Shown here: positions 27,220 to 37,594 of the stretch, in pieces
Layout of the letters: every line of letters starts with the position of its first letter
How positions within the stretch are numbered: the first letter of the stretch is position 1
Virus record (IMG/VR): IMGVR_UViG_3300046780_000292
Location: 1 to 57,007 of that record
DNA from: a virus
Taxonomy: Duplodnaviria > Caudoviricetes
Length of the DNA: 57,007 nt
Direction: 5' to 3' (one strand)
The notes under the pieces: generated by a model
Database searches by the model: none
What the model was told of the DNA's origin: nothing
The model's input: only the letters and a program-made list of their open reading frames with translations
Made by a program: the position numbers and the translations under genes

Positions 27220-27492
27220 CTAGAACGGTCCGGGCTTCGATATGCCCCGGCCGGGTACCAGGCTAGCGGGCACCAGCTGCCGCCCGAGGTTGTCCTTCGG
27301 GTCGACGACCGGCGTGACGTGCCGCCGGGCGTACGCGGTCAGGACGACCTGTAGCGCCCCGGCGGCAGCGTCCACGTAGTGCGCGGCCGTGCCGGTCAGG
27401 ATGCCGGAGGTCTGGAGCACGATCAGGACACCCAGGACCACCGTGCCCCACGCCACCAGCGAGGCGATGGGGGCCTTCTTGAAGGCGTTCAC
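27220..27492 (-). CDS. Holin-like membrane protein
   Basis: Two TM helices and R..VTP motif; GTGA-coupled to the endolysin. Confidence 0.7.
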   Translation of the reverse strand: MNAFKKAPIASLVAWGTVVLGVLIVLQTSGILTGTAAHYVDAAAGALQVVLTAYARRHVTPVVDPKDNLGRQLVPASLVPGRGISKPGPF

Positions 27493-28268
27493 CCCACCGG
27501 CTCCTCTGCGCTCGCCGTGACAGTGCCCGCGCCCAGGATCTTGTCGACGGCCCGCAGGAGCTTGTCGAGGTTCGAGCCCGGGACCACCTTCAGGGTGGCC
27601 GCCGCCTTCGGGTCGACCAGGATGTCCCGCAGGCCCTGCACGTCGTTGTAGTGCATCTGCACCGTGCGGCCCGCGTAGTAGGCGTTGCCGTACGGCACGG
27701 CGAGGAAGTCGTCCTTGAACGCGGCCAGGGCCGCCGTCAGCTCCTTGCCGTCGACCGCGTTCTGCTGGACGGTCGCCAGGATCCAGCTCTTGTCTGCTGC
27801 GGTGAGTGCCACGGGGATGTCCTCCAGGTGCCAGGAAGCCGTCGAGGCTTCCAGATTCGAGTCGTACGAGGCGGAGAAGTGCGCGTGCTCGGTGTGCGGG
27901 CTCGCACCGGTGTAGGTCTTCTGCACCCAGCCGGACGACGCCGACCAGATCCGCCGGTTGTAGATGATGTACCGCAGGCGCTTCTCCGCGCCGGAGCGGC
28001 AGCGGGCCAGCAGGAACTGGACGACCTTCTCCATGGTCAGGTCGGACTCGTTCAGGTTGTTGTCGACGTCGATCGCGTGGACCTCGTTGATGTGGTCCGC
28101 GTCGTGGATCGGCACCTTGCCGGTCTCGTCCGGGTTGTGGTCGGAGACCTCGTTCTGGTGCGCCCGGTCGCCGACCGAGCCGTCCGACGTGTGGTCGCGG
28201 GACGGCGCGATCCGGTCGAACTCCATGAACAGCGCACGCAGGCACGGGATGAGAATCCAGTCAGCCAT
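27489..28268 (-). CDS. Endolysin (Zn peptidase, M15-like)
   Basis: DG..GD..H..SDHNPD, AIDVD, YIIYNRRIW, PH..H.HFS; GGAGG SD; in the lysis cassette. Confidence 0.75.
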   Translation of the reverse strand: MADWILIPCLRALFMEFDRIAPSRDHTSDGSVGDRAHQNEVSDHNPDETGKVPIHDADHINEVHAIDVDNNLNESDLTMEKVVQFLLARCRSGAEKRLRYIIYNRRIWSASSGWVQKTYTGASPHTEHAHFSASYDSNLEASTASWHLEDIPVALTAADKSWILATVQQNAVDGKELTAALAAFKDDFLAVPYGNAYYAGRTVQMHYNDVQGLRDILVDPKAAATLKVVPGSNLDKLLRAVDKILGAGTVTASAEEPVG

Positions 28269-28620
28269 CCACTGCCTCCTCCTTCTGCTGCGGTGGGTGT
28301 CTGCGCCCACCGTACGCCTCCAAGAAGCGGTACCGCCTGCGCAGTTGAAGATCAAAAATGATCCAGGAACGCCAGGCCAGCACCACCGGCATCCCCACGG
28401 CGAACGTCGCCACCCGAAGCCACACGAACCAGGGCGCATCGAACAGGTGGGCAATCGTCGACAGATCCAGCACCCAGGCGATCATCAGCATGTACCAGAA
28501 CACGTGCCAGCCGCCCCGAGACTTCCAGAACCTCGCAGACACGGCGAACACCGCGAACCCGACAGTAGATATGAGGGCGGACAGATACACGCCGATGGTG
28601 CCAACAAGCTCAGGTGTCAC
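28261..28620 (-). CDS. Putative holin / membrane protein
   Basis: Three TM helices; in the lysis cassette. Confidence 0.6.
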   Translation of the reverse strand: MTPELVGTIGVYLSALISTVGFAVFAVSARFWKSRGGWHVFWYMLMIAWVLDLSTIAHLFDAPWFVWLRVATFAVGMPVVLAWRSWIIFDLQLRRRYRFLEAYGGRRHPPQQKEEAVDG

Positions 28621-28831
28621 TCGTGTTACCGCCTCGCAGGAGCGCGTCGATCAGGGGGCCGAAATGATTGTCCGTCCGCAACCTTTGCAATGACGAAGAA
28701 ACCGCTTCGACACGAGGCGACATGGCCTCGGCGCGCTTCTGCTGCTGCTGGGCGTGGTCGCGCAACTCCTCAGCCGCCCGAACAGCCTCGTCGGACTGCT
28801 CCAGCTTCCTGTGCCACGGCCACCAGGTCAC
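28610..28831 (-). CDS. Small lysis-cassette protein
   Basis: WWPW...R..NHF pattern common beside actinophage holins. Confidence 0.6.
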   Translation of the reverse strand: MTWWPWHRKLEQSDEAVRAAEELRDHAQQQQKRAEAMSPRVEAVSSSLQRLRTDNHFGPLIDALLRGGNTSDT

Positions 28832-29142
28832 GAAGGACCACCCCGTCTTTGAGTGTGGTCCCGGTCGGCGCGCTCGCGTAGGGCCTTCAGTACCTTGTCC
28901 TGGTTCTCCGCGAGGACCATCAGCTTCGCCACCGAGTCCACGAGCGACTCCACGCTCTTAGTATTGGCCGCCACCCCGGCTTCAGCGGCGTCGGCCCGCT
29001 TCTCGGCACTTTCCCGCAGCAACTCGGCGACCTTGTTGGGAAGGATCTTGCCCCGGAGCATGGCGTAGAAAACCGCAAGCATCGCCGTGACCAGAACACC
29101 GATCAGATACCAGGGCAAGTTATCCGCATTTACCTCAACCAC
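28828..29142 (-). CDS. Membrane protein with a coiled coil
   Basis: N-terminal TM helix; in the lysis cassette. Confidence 0.65.
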   Translation of the reverse strand: MVEVNADNLPWYLIGVLVTAMLAVFYAMLRGKILPNKVAELLRESAEKRADAAEAGVAANTKSVESLVDSVAKLMVLAENQDKVLKALRERADRDHTQRRGGPS

Positions 29143-29187
29143 TTACCGCCCCGATCTCCCATTACACCTTGCTAATTGTTTCAGAGA

Positions 29188-29802
29188 TCAGGGAGTCGAG
29201 GTCAGCGCCACCATGGCCAAGCTGATGATCGGCGGAGAGCCGGTGTCAGTGTTGATCGGCCCCGCCGGAGTACCGGTCCAAAACGTCTTCATCTCCAGGA
29301 AATCGCCCGCATTCAGCTTCCACATCGTCAGACACGACGCCCAGTCCTGCCCGGTATAGGCAGTAAGCGGGTTGAACTTCGTCCCCTGCGACGTTCCACC
29401 ATTGAGGGTGACCGTGGTCTGAATGGCACCGTTCGCCCCGAATGCCGACCCGATGCTGTACCCGGCGGTCGCCGACACCAGCACCACACAGCCGACCGGC
29501 GCGGTGAGCCTGGTCGGCGACCCGGCCACCCACCAGGTGGCGTTGGCCAGAGGACTGTTCACCCCGTTGTTGACCCGGATCGTGTCGAGAGAGATCGCCG
29601 TCAGCGTGGCCTTGGTAATCGACTGCGCGGCCAGCCGCGTCCCGGTGAACGAGGCGAACTTGGAGAACTCCGCCGCCATCTTCGCCGTACCGACCAGGCC
29701 CGCATCGATGTCGCCAGCCATGTTCTGCACGTCGGCCACGTTCACCACGTCAGAAGTGAACGGGTAGCGGATCCGCTGGTAGGGGGTTTTGCGCGTCGTC
29801 AT
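29188..29802 (-). CDS. Minor tail protein
   Basis: N-terminal IRYP...A.DID motif, beta-rich; end of the tail module. Confidence 0.7.
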   Translation of the reverse strand: MTTRKTPYQRIRYPFTSDVVNVADVQNMAGDIDAGLVGTAKMAAEFSKFASFTGTRLAAQSITKATLTAISLDTIRVNNGVNSPLANATWWVAGSPTRLTAPVGCVVLVSATAGYSIGSAFGANGAIQTTVTLNGGTSQGTKFNPLTAYTGQDWASCLTMWKLNAGDFLEMKTFWTGTPAGPINTDTGSPPIISLAMVALTSTP

Positions 29803-30396
29803 TCAGTTCACCGGCCCCATGTAGACGCCCCAGAAGGTCGATCCGGCGGACAGGCCCTTGCTGGTGCCACCGTTGACCTCCAGCGCAGCGATGGCACTGC
29901 CCCGGTAGATCTGCGCCATGGTGAACACGTTGAGCCATTCCCCGTTGGTGTTCGTCTCGTCGGAGCGCTGCCACGCCTCGGTGGTCGTCGCGACGGCGGA
30001 CACCTGATCGGTGGTGGTGACCAGGATTCCGCCCATCACCATGTCCCCGACGGTGGCACCCACCGGATTGAAGGACAGCACCGTCGCGCCGAACAGCCAC
30101 CAGGAGGGCGGCTGGCTCAGTGGCTGCCGCCACGTGCCCTGGCCGATCGTCACACCACCGGTGTTGTCCCACTGCACCGACTGGGCGAGCAGAAAATCCA
30201 TGCCGGAAAGGAAGCTGGAGCCGTTGGAGGTCTGCGTGAAGATGAACGACGGCCGTCCCACGAATGCCCGGAACGGGTCCCGCACGGAGCGGATGTCCGC
30301 GTCGATCGCCGTGGCCAGCCGGTAGGGGTCCTGCACGTCGGCGAAATCGGCCGGGAGCGGGTACGGGTAGCCTTCGACCGCAGTTGTTCCGCTCAT
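29803..30396 (-). CDS. Minor tail protein
   Basis: MSGTTAVEGYPYP...LA.AID; ATGA coupling. Confidence 0.7.
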   Translation of the reverse strand: MSGTTAVEGYPYPLPADFADVQDPYRLATAIDADIRSVRDPFRAFVGRPSFIFTQTSNGSSFLSGMDFLLAQSVQWDNTGGVTIGQGTWRQPLSQPPSWWLFGATVLSFNPVGATVGDMVMGGILVTTTDQVSAVATTTEAWQRSDETNTNGEWLNVFTMAQIYRGSAIAALEVNGGTSKGLSAGSTFWGVYMGPVN

Positions 30397-31610
30397 ACGA
30401 AATAGTCCGAAATCTTGATGGCGGTCAGCGCCGCGTAGGTGGCCGTGTACGAATTGCTGGTCGACGGAGTGGTCAGGCTGACCGAAGCCTTGGCGGGGGT
30501 CGTCGGGTCGGCGCTGTAAACCATTGTCGAGCCGTGCACGGAGCCGCCGACTCCCCGGTCCCCGGTGTGGTTCGGGTTGGACCGGAACGCCGCCGCAATG
30601 CCGGTGTTGAACAGCCCGGTGCCGCCGATGTTGGCCCAGACGGTGTCGGTGGCGGCCTCCACGAACTGCGCCTCGAACAGCAGCAGCCAGATCCCGGACG
30701 GCAGGTAGATCTGCCGGTTGTCGTAGGCGAGGTTCGTCGGGGTGCCGATGTTGTACTCGACGGTGTTGAAGGTGAAGAACGTGTTGTTGTTGGGCTGGTT
30801 GGTGACGCTGACCCGTACGCGCGGGAACAGTCCGGCCAGGGAGGTGAGCGGGTCGAGGGTGGCCATGGCCGCGTCGGCGGCGTCGGCCAGGGACTCGATG
30901 GCGGTCTGCTTCGGGTAGGGGAAGGCCGGGTCGTAGCACATCGGGTCACCGGTGGCGGGAACCGGCAGGTTGTACGTCGTCGTCGCAACGTTTTGGATCT
31001 TGGCGGTGATCGACGGAGACGCCTGCTCGTCCCGGGCCATGATCCCGACCTGCGTACCCGCCACGTACGGGGTGATGCTGGAATCGGTCACCGACGCCAT
31101 CCACCCGGTCGGCGGGGACGCCGTCGTCAGCCACAGCTTCGACTGCAACGTGTTCAACTGGAGCGCCTGCGACCAGCGAATCGCCGCCATCAGGTTGTAG
31201 ACCGTGTTCGCCACGTACGTCAGACCAGTCGCCACCGTCGCGATCGTCGACAGGCCGCCGCCGACAACCTTCGAGAACCGCAGGCTGATCGCGCCGCCGG
31301 TCGCCACCATCATCGTCGCGTTGTAGTAGTTGCTGGTCGTTCCCAGCTTCGCCACGAACCCGACCGTCGCTAGAGCCGACGCGGGAATCGCGTTCATCGA
31401 CACCTGCGCGGTGATGATCACATCCTGCGTCTGATTGTCGACGTAGCCGATCTTGTCGCCACCCGACGACGGCGCAATCGTCGCCGCGCTGGCTGCCACG
31501 TTGAACTGCGCCGCCGCACCGAACAAGGTGTAGGTCTGCCCGCTGGTCGCCGTGCCGAGACCGCTGGAGACGGTCCTTCCGAACACGTCGGAGTACCCGG
31601 TTGTCGTCAC
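30393..31610 (-). CDS. Minor tail protein
   Basis: D.F.RTVS.G.GTA.SGQ motif plus a PYP..LA.A.D module. Confidence 0.75.
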   Translation of the reverse strand: MTTTGYSDVFGRTVSSGLGTATSGQTYTLFGAAAQFNVAASAATIAPSSGGDKIGYVDNQTQDVIITAQVSMNAIPASALATVGFVAKLGTTSNYYNATMMVATGGAISLRFSKVVGGGLSTIATVATGLTYVANTVYNLMAAIRWSQALQLNTLQSKLWLTTASPPTGWMASVTDSSITPYVAGTQVGIMARDEQASPSITAKIQNVATTTYNLPVPATGDPMCYDPAFPYPKQTAIESLADAADAAMATLDPLTSLAGLFPRVRVSVTNQPNNNTFFTFNTVEYNIGTPTNLAYDNRQIYLPSGIWLLLFEAQFVEAATDTVWANIGGTGLFNTGIAAAFRSNPNHTGDRGVGGSVHGSTMVYSADPTTPAKASVSLTTPSTSNSYTATYAALTAIKISDYFV

Positions 31611-31619
31611 GCCGCCCCC

Positions 31620-32180
31620 CTACAGGACCAGGCAGTCGAGCGGGTACGAACCGCAGAACTGGAGAATGCCGGTGGTGGACGAATCGTAGATCCTCAAGGC
31701 CCCGTTCCCGTCGATGTGCAGGCTGGGCCTGGTCGTGGACTGCGCGCAGATGATCCCGCCGATCTCTGACGGCGGAGCCGGAAGCCCGGCAACGATGACC
31801 GCGCCCGCGCCCTGAATGGCGGCGTTGGTGATCTGCCCGGTGATCTGCACCTCGGACGCCGTCACCCGCCACTGGCCCGGCGGGAACCCCGCGCCCCGGT
31901 CCGTCCAGCCGTTCTGATAGCCCAGCGAGGTGAACGGGTGCCAGCCGTTGACCGCCGACGTGGGCCCCAGGATCAGCCACGACGAGTCCTGCCGGAACAC
32001 GGCCACCGTGTCCCCGACGACCGGAGCGTACGAGGTGACCACCCCGACGCCGGAGGAGAACTGGCCACCCGACACCGAGATCGTCACTCTCGTGCTGGAG
32101 ACGGCCACGACGGTGGCGGTGCGCATGCCGTTGGGGATCCCCGCGTTCTTCTGCACCGCGTGCGGCAGCTTGGTGCTCAC
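31620..32180 (-). CDS. Minor tail protein
   Basis: SY.P.VGD.V..W.ILG motif. Confidence 0.75.
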   Translation of the reverse strand: MSTKLPHAVQKNAGIPNGMRTATVVAVSSTRVTISVSGGQFSSGVGVVTSYAPVVGDTVAVFRQDSSWLILGPTSAVNGWHPFTSLGYQNGWTDRGAGFPPGQWRVTASEVQITGQITNAAIQGAGAVIVAGLPAPPSEIGGIICAQSTTRPSLHIDGNGALRIYDSSTTGILQFCGSYPLDCLVL

Positions 32181-33319
32181 GACGTCACCGGCGCATAGGC
32201 CCGCAGGTTCAACGACATGTCTCCGGCCTCTCGCAGCGGCAGGGTGAACCCGGAGATGACCTGCGTGCTGGCCGCCCCCTCAGCCTTCCCGGCGATCAGG
32301 TCGCCCAGCTCCAGCGAAGCATCCGGGACGATCGAAACCGGATCCCACGTCTGCGTGATGGCGGTGGCCGCCTTCAAGGTGGACTGCGCGGCGGACAGGC
32401 ACTGCGACTGCGTCAACGCCGCCTGGTTCTGCACCAGAAGGGGCTTCTTGCCGAAGTTGCCCAGGTAGTAGGTGGGGCTCGTCTTGTCCAGGTCCCGGGC
32501 GATGGCGTACACGGGCGTCGAGCCGTCCTGCCGTTCCGAGGTGAACACCACCGAGTTGTAGACGCCCGTACGGGACACGGTGATCGACCAGTCGGCGAGG
32601 GCGTTGTTCACGCCCGGGGCTGCGTCGGTGCCGTCGGCGAAGGCGACCTGCGCGACCTGGCCTGGCTTCGTCCACGGGGTCAGCCGCTGCACGAAGGATC
32701 CGTCGGCGAGTGGATACCACAGCATCGCGACGGTGGCCGACATGTCGTCGAGGGCCTGCGCCCGGTCGGACTGCCAGGCGATCGGGGCGATCTTCACACC
32801 GGTCAGGTCCGAGGTGCCGAACGTCGCATCGGGCAGCGCGTCGCGCACCAGCCGCCGGAACTCGGCTGTGATCGTGTTGGTGGTGACCGACGACTGGGGC
32901 ACCTCGAACTGGGCGTCCACCACATCGGCGGCCAAATCGTTGCCGGTGACGGTGACGGACCCGGACCGGCTCATCGCGACCGTCTCGATCCGGCCGTAGA
33001 AGACGGGGAAGCTGGCCACCGAGCCGTCCCCGTACGTGATGCCCCGGAACGCCCGCAGCCGGTTGCCGAAGGGGGCCAGGAGCCCGCCTGTGTCGACGCT
33101 GCCGTTGGACAGCAGCGGGAACCAGGACCGGTCTACCGTCAAGCTCAGAACACGCGCTACGCGGCTGTTGAGGGTGGCGCGCACGTTGCCGTCGATGAAC
33201 GACAGGTCGGACTTGAGTACCGTGCCGTCACGGGCCAGCACATCCACCCGGTTGTAGACGGTGTGTGGGCGGGTCAGCGCGTCCCGGTACTGCGCGTCGA
33301 GACCCCCGGCCCAGACCAT
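32177..33319 (-). CDS. Minor tail / hub protein (DUF5047-like)
   Basis: L.PFG..L...RG, PD..LE.GD motifs. Confidence 0.8.
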   Translation of the reverse strand: MVWAGGLDAQYRDALTRPHTVYNRVDVLARDGTVLKSDLSFIDGNVRATLNSRVARVLSLTVDRSWFPLLSNGSVDTGGLLAPFGNRLRAFRGITYGDGSVASFPVFYGRIETVAMSRSGSVTVTGNDLAADVVDAQFEVPQSSVTTNTITAEFRRLVRDALPDATFGTSDLTGVKIAPIAWQSDRAQALDDMSATVAMLWYPLADGSFVQRLTPWTKPGQVAQVAFADGTDAAPGVNNALADWSITVSRTGVYNSVVFTSERQDGSTPVYAIARDLDKTSPTYYLGNFGKKPLLVQNQAALTQSQCLSAAQSTLKAATAITQTWDPVSIVPDASLELGDLIAGKAEGAASTQVISGFTLPLREAGDMSLNLRAYAPVTS

Positions 33320-34611
33320 CAGCCCGCCAGCCCGTCGAGGACCTGCGTCCAGGTCAGCCCGGCCGCGTTCACCGCACCCCAGGTGGCGTACCGGTTGCAG
33401 GTGTCGGACCAGCGCGCCCCGACGGTGCCCTGCATCGGGCCGCCCGGCGCGGAGACGACGGTGAACGGCAGCGAGAAGACCCTGATCGGGATCCGGTGAT
33501 CGGGCAGCACCCGCCCGTCAGCAGTGGTCCCGACCGAAATGTACTGGTCCGGCAGCCCGTACTCGTCGGGCACCTGGAACAGCAGCGGCGAGCCGGGGGC
33601 AAGCAGCGCATCCAGGCGGGCCTCATCGGCGAACGTCCGGCTCACCAGCGTCAGCGTGGACGACACCGAACTGCGCACCTTCGCGACAACCACCGGGTTG
33701 ACCTGGTTGTTGATGTCGAACGTGGCCGCATTGGCACCCTTGCTCTTGACGTCCAGCGACTGCCAGAAGATCCCCTCGGTCGGCGTGCACAGCGGGTTCG
33801 GATCCCAGCAGAAGTCGACGCGCACGTTGTTGCCGGGCCGCAGCGGATCCTTCAGCTGGCATGAGCCCAGCGACGCCAGCAGGATCCCGCCGGAGGTTGC
33901 CGAACCGGCCGCGTTGGTCAAGTTGATCGAGGCGATGTTCGCCGTGGTGCCCGCCCCGGGAGTGCCGGACATCAGCACGAACAGCCGGGCCGCAACCGTG
34001 TTGGCCGGTGCCGTCCCGGACGCGACGATCGTCGTCGTGGCCAGCACGGTCGCCGACGCCGACGGGGCCGACAGGATCGCACCGGTGGAGTCGAGGAAGT
34101 GGATGCCGACGGTCACCCCGTTCGCGCCGGACGTGGACACGACCAGCGTGGCCGTCAAAGTCGCCCCGGGGGTGGCCGGGACGTCCTCGGCCCTGATCGT
34201 CGGGGACGCGGTAGCCCCGCCCGTGTAGAAGGACAGGAAGTTCTGCCCGGCCGTGTTCGTCGTGATCCGCATCGTGATGGCCGGGTCGGTCACGAACCAC
34301 GGGTCGACGAAGCCGCCAGCGAACGTCGGGTTGGCGTTCAAGGTGGCAACCGGCGCGGTGGCCGTGTAGTAGACCGAGGTGTCCAACGGCGCTTCGGTGT
34401 CGTACAGGACCGCCTTGTACCCGGCCTGCATCGGCGCGTACGCGACACTGCCGACAGTCACCGACGCCCCGTGCCCGCGTACCTGCGTGGTCGCACCGGT
34501 CAGCGCATCAACCCGATTCACCAAGGCGTACGGGGCGTCGATGTCGGAGAAGTCCAGGTCGAGGCGAACCTGCGATTTCGCGTTGTCGGCGGTGGCGGTG
34601 ATCGTCGACAC
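33319..34611 (-). CDS. Distal tail protein with an inserted carbohydrate-binding-like domain
   Basis: D.EAPL, LKDP.RP and TW..V repeats; follows the tape measure gene. Confidence 0.75.
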   Translation of the reverse strand: MSTITATADNAKSQVRLDLDFSDIDAPYALVNRVDALTGATTQVRGHGASVTVGSVAYAPMQAGYKAVLYDTEAPLDTSVYYTATAPVATLNANPTFAGGFVDPWFVTDPAITMRITTNTAGQNFLSFYTGGATASPTIRAEDVPATPGATLTATLVVSTSGANGVTVGIHFLDSTGAILSAPSASATVLATTTIVASGTAPANTVAARLFVLMSGTPGAGTTANIASINLTNAAGSATSGGILLASLGSCQLKDPLRPGNNVRVDFCWDPNPLCTPTEGIFWQSLDVKSKGANAATFDINNQVNPVVVAKVRSSVSSTLTLVSRTFADEARLDALLAPGSPLLFQVPDEYGLPDQYISVGTTADGRVLPDHRIPIRVFSLPFTVVSAPGGPMQGTVGARWSDTCNRYATWGAVNAAGLTWTQVLDGLAG

Positions 34612-34614
34612 CCG

Positions 34615-37020
34615 TCACCTCGTCCCGTAGGCAAGCTCGTTGGCCTGGCTGTCCAGCTTCTTGTCGATCTGCACGTTGAGAATATCCGTGATCTCCCTGG
34701 TGCCCAGGTACACCTTGATCGACGTTGCTTCGGCGTGGCTGGCACTGCCGAGCATGTCGAGCAGGCCGGTGCTCCGGGCGACCGCGCGGGCCCGCGCCGG
34801 ATCACTCATCGGCACGACCGCCTCCGGCCCGGCCTCGCCGACCAGCGCCAGAGTGGGGGCCTTGATCAGTCCGCCGGTGGCAAGCATCGGAATGTGCGGC
34901 AACCCGATGTGGATGACACCCGCAACCCGGTCGATGCCCGCGTTGAAGCCGCCGATGACGGCGTTGATGCCCGACTTGAGGCCGCCGAGGATGTCGTGCC
35001 CGACGTTGCGCATGAACCCGGAGATCCGGCCAGGCAGGGACCGCACAAAGTTCACAACCCAGTCACCGCCCTGGCGGACCTCACGCTTCGCCCACTCCCA
35101 GGCGGAGCGGAACGCCCCGCCGATGATGCCGGGCAGCCGGTTCACGAACGCGGCGATCCGGCCGGGCAGCACGGTGAAGATGAAGACGACGGCGGCGATA
35201 CCGGCCCGAAGGACCGCCTCGCCCGCAGACAGGGCCATGTGCCACAGGTCGACGAACATGTGCCCGATCGCCTTGATGGCGTCCCAGATCCAGATGGGCA
35301 GCTTGATGAAGACGGCGAGCATCAGGCCGACGCCGATACCGATCGCCTCACCGGCCGCGTGCAGGGCGTCGAGGAACAGTCCGCCGAGCAGGCCGGGCAG
35401 CGCCTGGAGGGCGGCCCAGATCTTGCCGGGGATGGAGGCGAAGAAGTTGGGCAGGGTGACGGTGAACCAGTTGCCGATGTCTTTGCCGACGGAGACGATC
35501 CAGTGCCAGATGCCCTCGAAGAAACCCGCGATGGCGTGCCAGGCCGACTCCAGCGCCTTGGTGACGACGCCCCAGTTCTTGTAGATCAGGTACGCCCCGG
35601 CGGCGATGGCGGCGATGGCCAGGATGATCCAGCCGACCGGGTTCAGGGCGTCCACGATCGCCTCGTAGACGGCGACCGCGACCAGGGCACCCCGGTAGAC
35701 CAGCCACGCGGCAGCGGCAGCCTTGAGCAGGTCGGGGTGCTTGCCGAGCCAGGTCGCGACGGTCACCAGCAGCGGCGTGATCTTCAGCAGGGCGGTGGTG
35801 AGGCCACCGGCGAACGCGGACACCAGATCACCGATGGCCGGGAGCAGCGGGGTCAGGATCTGCTGGAGGCTGGAGAGGGCCGTGTTCAGCAGCATGAAGA
35901 TGTTGGCGAGCATCTCCTTGCCCTGGGCGGTGGCGAAGAACGCGGCGAGCTGCCCGACCAGCGCCGACAGGAATCCGAGGGCCTGGCCGCCGTCGGCCTG
36001 GAGGGCGGTGATGATCGACGTGACAAGATCGAAAACGTTGTGGAGAAAGCCGCCCAGCTGCTGAAGGATCACCAGGGCGTCGTTGAAGAACTTGGTCAAC
36101 GCACCCGAGTCGGCCGCCTGATTGATGAAGGCCGAGAACATCGTCAGCAGACGCGCGAACCCGCCCGACAAGCTGACCAGCAGCGGCCCGGCAGCGGCGG
36201 CGATCGTCAGGAACGCGCCCGCCACGTGACCCAGGGCCGGGATGAACGGCTTGATCGCCTCATGCGCAGAGGTAAAGATCGCCGCAATGTTCGCCTGCGA
36301 CCGGCCGCTCCCGAAGGCGCGCAGGAAGTTGTCGGCCACCTTACCCAGGTCCACCGACAGGCTCACCATCCCCCGATGCAGCGTCGGCAGCAGGGTCCGC
36401 GACACCGTGGTCAGGGTGCCTTCAAGCTGGTTGAAGAAGACCTGCTGCACGTCCTGCTGGAGCTGATGGAACGCCGGATGAAGCTTCTGGATCTCCTTGA
36501 CGAACCCCTGAGCGGAGGGCGCAAGCTTCTTCATCGCCGCATCGAACTGGGCGGCCTTCGCCGGATCGAAGGCGAACTTCAGCGCGTCCCCGACGCCCTT
36601 GGTGGCCATCTTCAGCGTCACCAGCGAGGCAGCCATGGTGCTGATCGCAGCGGGGATGGTCGCGGCCAGCGCCGTGGCCGCCGGTGCCAGCGCTGCGACC
36701 AGTTCGACGGCGAGACCGATCAGGGTCGGCATGAACGCGGCGGCCCCGAACTTGAACCCGGCGGACAGGCCCTTCCACAGCGAGTTGCCGCCCTTGCGGC
36801 CCTCCCGGTCCATGTTCGGCTCAAGCTTGTCGTCGAGACCCTTGGCCAGCTCGTCGGCGGCCCGCCCGCCCGCCTCACGCGACGACTTGTCCAGCTCGTC
36901 GAAGGGCATCCCCTTCGTCTGCTCGTCCAGCGACTCCTTGATCTTCTGTCGCAGGCCGGGGGTGAATTTGGACAGGTCGGCAAAGACCTCCACAAACGCG
37001 CGCCCCAGAGATCCAGCCAT
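34615..37020 (-). CDS. Tape measure protein
   Basis: 801 aa, helical Ala/Leu-rich, NPVGWII, C-terminal LATGG...VGEAGPEAVVP. Confidence 0.9.
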   Translation of the reverse strand: MAGSLGRAFVEVFADLSKFTPGLRQKIKESLDEQTKGMPFDELDKSSREAGGRAADELAKGLDDKLEPNMDREGRKGGNSLWKGLSAGFKFGAAAFMPTLIGLAVELVAALAPAATALAATIPAAISTMAASLVTLKMATKGVGDALKFAFDPAKAAQFDAAMKKLAPSAQGFVKEIQKLHPAFHQLQQDVQQVFFNQLEGTLTTVSRTLLPTLHRGMVSLSVDLGKVADNFLRAFGSGRSQANIAAIFTSAHEAIKPFIPALGHVAGAFLTIAAAAGPLLVSLSGGFARLLTMFSAFINQAADSGALTKFFNDALVILQQLGGFLHNVFDLVTSIITALQADGGQALGFLSALVGQLAAFFATAQGKEMLANIFMLLNTALSSLQQILTPLLPAIGDLVSAFAGGLTTALLKITPLLVTVATWLGKHPDLLKAAAAAWLVYRGALVAVAVYEAIVDALNPVGWIILAIAAIAAGAYLIYKNWGVVTKALESAWHAIAGFFEGIWHWIVSVGKDIGNWFTVTLPNFFASIPGKIWAALQALPGLLGGLFLDALHAAGEAIGIGVGLMLAVFIKLPIWIWDAIKAIGHMFVDLWHMALSAGEAVLRAGIAAVVFIFTVLPGRIAAFVNRLPGIIGGAFRSAWEWAKREVRQGGDWVVNFVRSLPGRISGFMRNVGHDILGGLKSGINAVIGGFNAGIDRVAGVIHIGLPHIPMLATGGLIKAPTLALVGEAGPEAVVPMSDPARARAVARSTGLLDMLGSASHAEATSIKVYLGTREITDILNVQIDKKLDSQANELAYGTR

Positions 37021-37022
37021 GG

Positions 37023-37592
37023 TCAGGATCCTACGGGCACAGGTGGGCGGGCCTGCCCCATCAGGGCCGTAAACGCATCCTCGGCGGCCCGCGCGTCGTA
37101 CATCTCCTCCGTGGTCACCCCTTCAACCCCGATCGGGGGCACCCGCAGGTCGATGTCGAACTTGCTGCGCTCCTGCTCATCCATGGTCCGCACACACACC
37201 ACGTAGATGGCGTTCAAGGCGGCGGCCAGCGACACCCGGTCCAGGTCCACACCCAGCCGGGTCAGCTCCCCGCCGATGATGTGCCAGTCCCGCCCGGACG
37301 AACGGATCAGCCGGTCCGCCTCCCACCACGGCCGCCCGGCAGCCGCCGTCAGCAGCTCCCGCGAGCGGGTGACGATCAGGTCCACGTCGATGTCGCCGTC
37401 CAGCAGCATGTCGCCGATCCGCTCGTCGGCGTCCCGCCCCATCAGGCCGGGGATCAGCGGCAGCGCGGTCTCCTCGTCGAGGATGGCCAGGAACCAGTCG
37501 GCGGCTGGCCGGGGTGGCACCGTGAAGGTTTCCCCGGCCAGGTCCACGTCGATTGCCCAGATCCGCAGCGCGGCGAGGGCGTCGGTCGGCAC
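37023..37592 (-). CDS. Tail assembly chaperone-like protein
   Basis: Directly upstream of the tape measure gene; GRPWW.A.RL motif. Confidence 0.6.
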   Translation of the reverse strand: MPTDALAALRIWAIDVDLAGETFTVPPRPAADWFLAILDEETALPLIPGLMGRDADERIGDMLLDGDIDVDLIVTRSRELLTAAAGRPWWEADRLIRSSGRDWHIIGGELTRLGVDLDRVSLAAALNAIYVVCVRTMDEQERSKFDIDLRVPPIGVEGVTTEEMYDARAAEDAFTALMGQARPPVPVGS

Positions 37593-37594
37593 GG

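Noticed and set aside
34099-37206. 1035-aa plus ORF (also 38982-41219, 44159-46774, 50556-53582)
   Set aside because: Antisense shadows of the tape measure, neck, capsid and protease genes.
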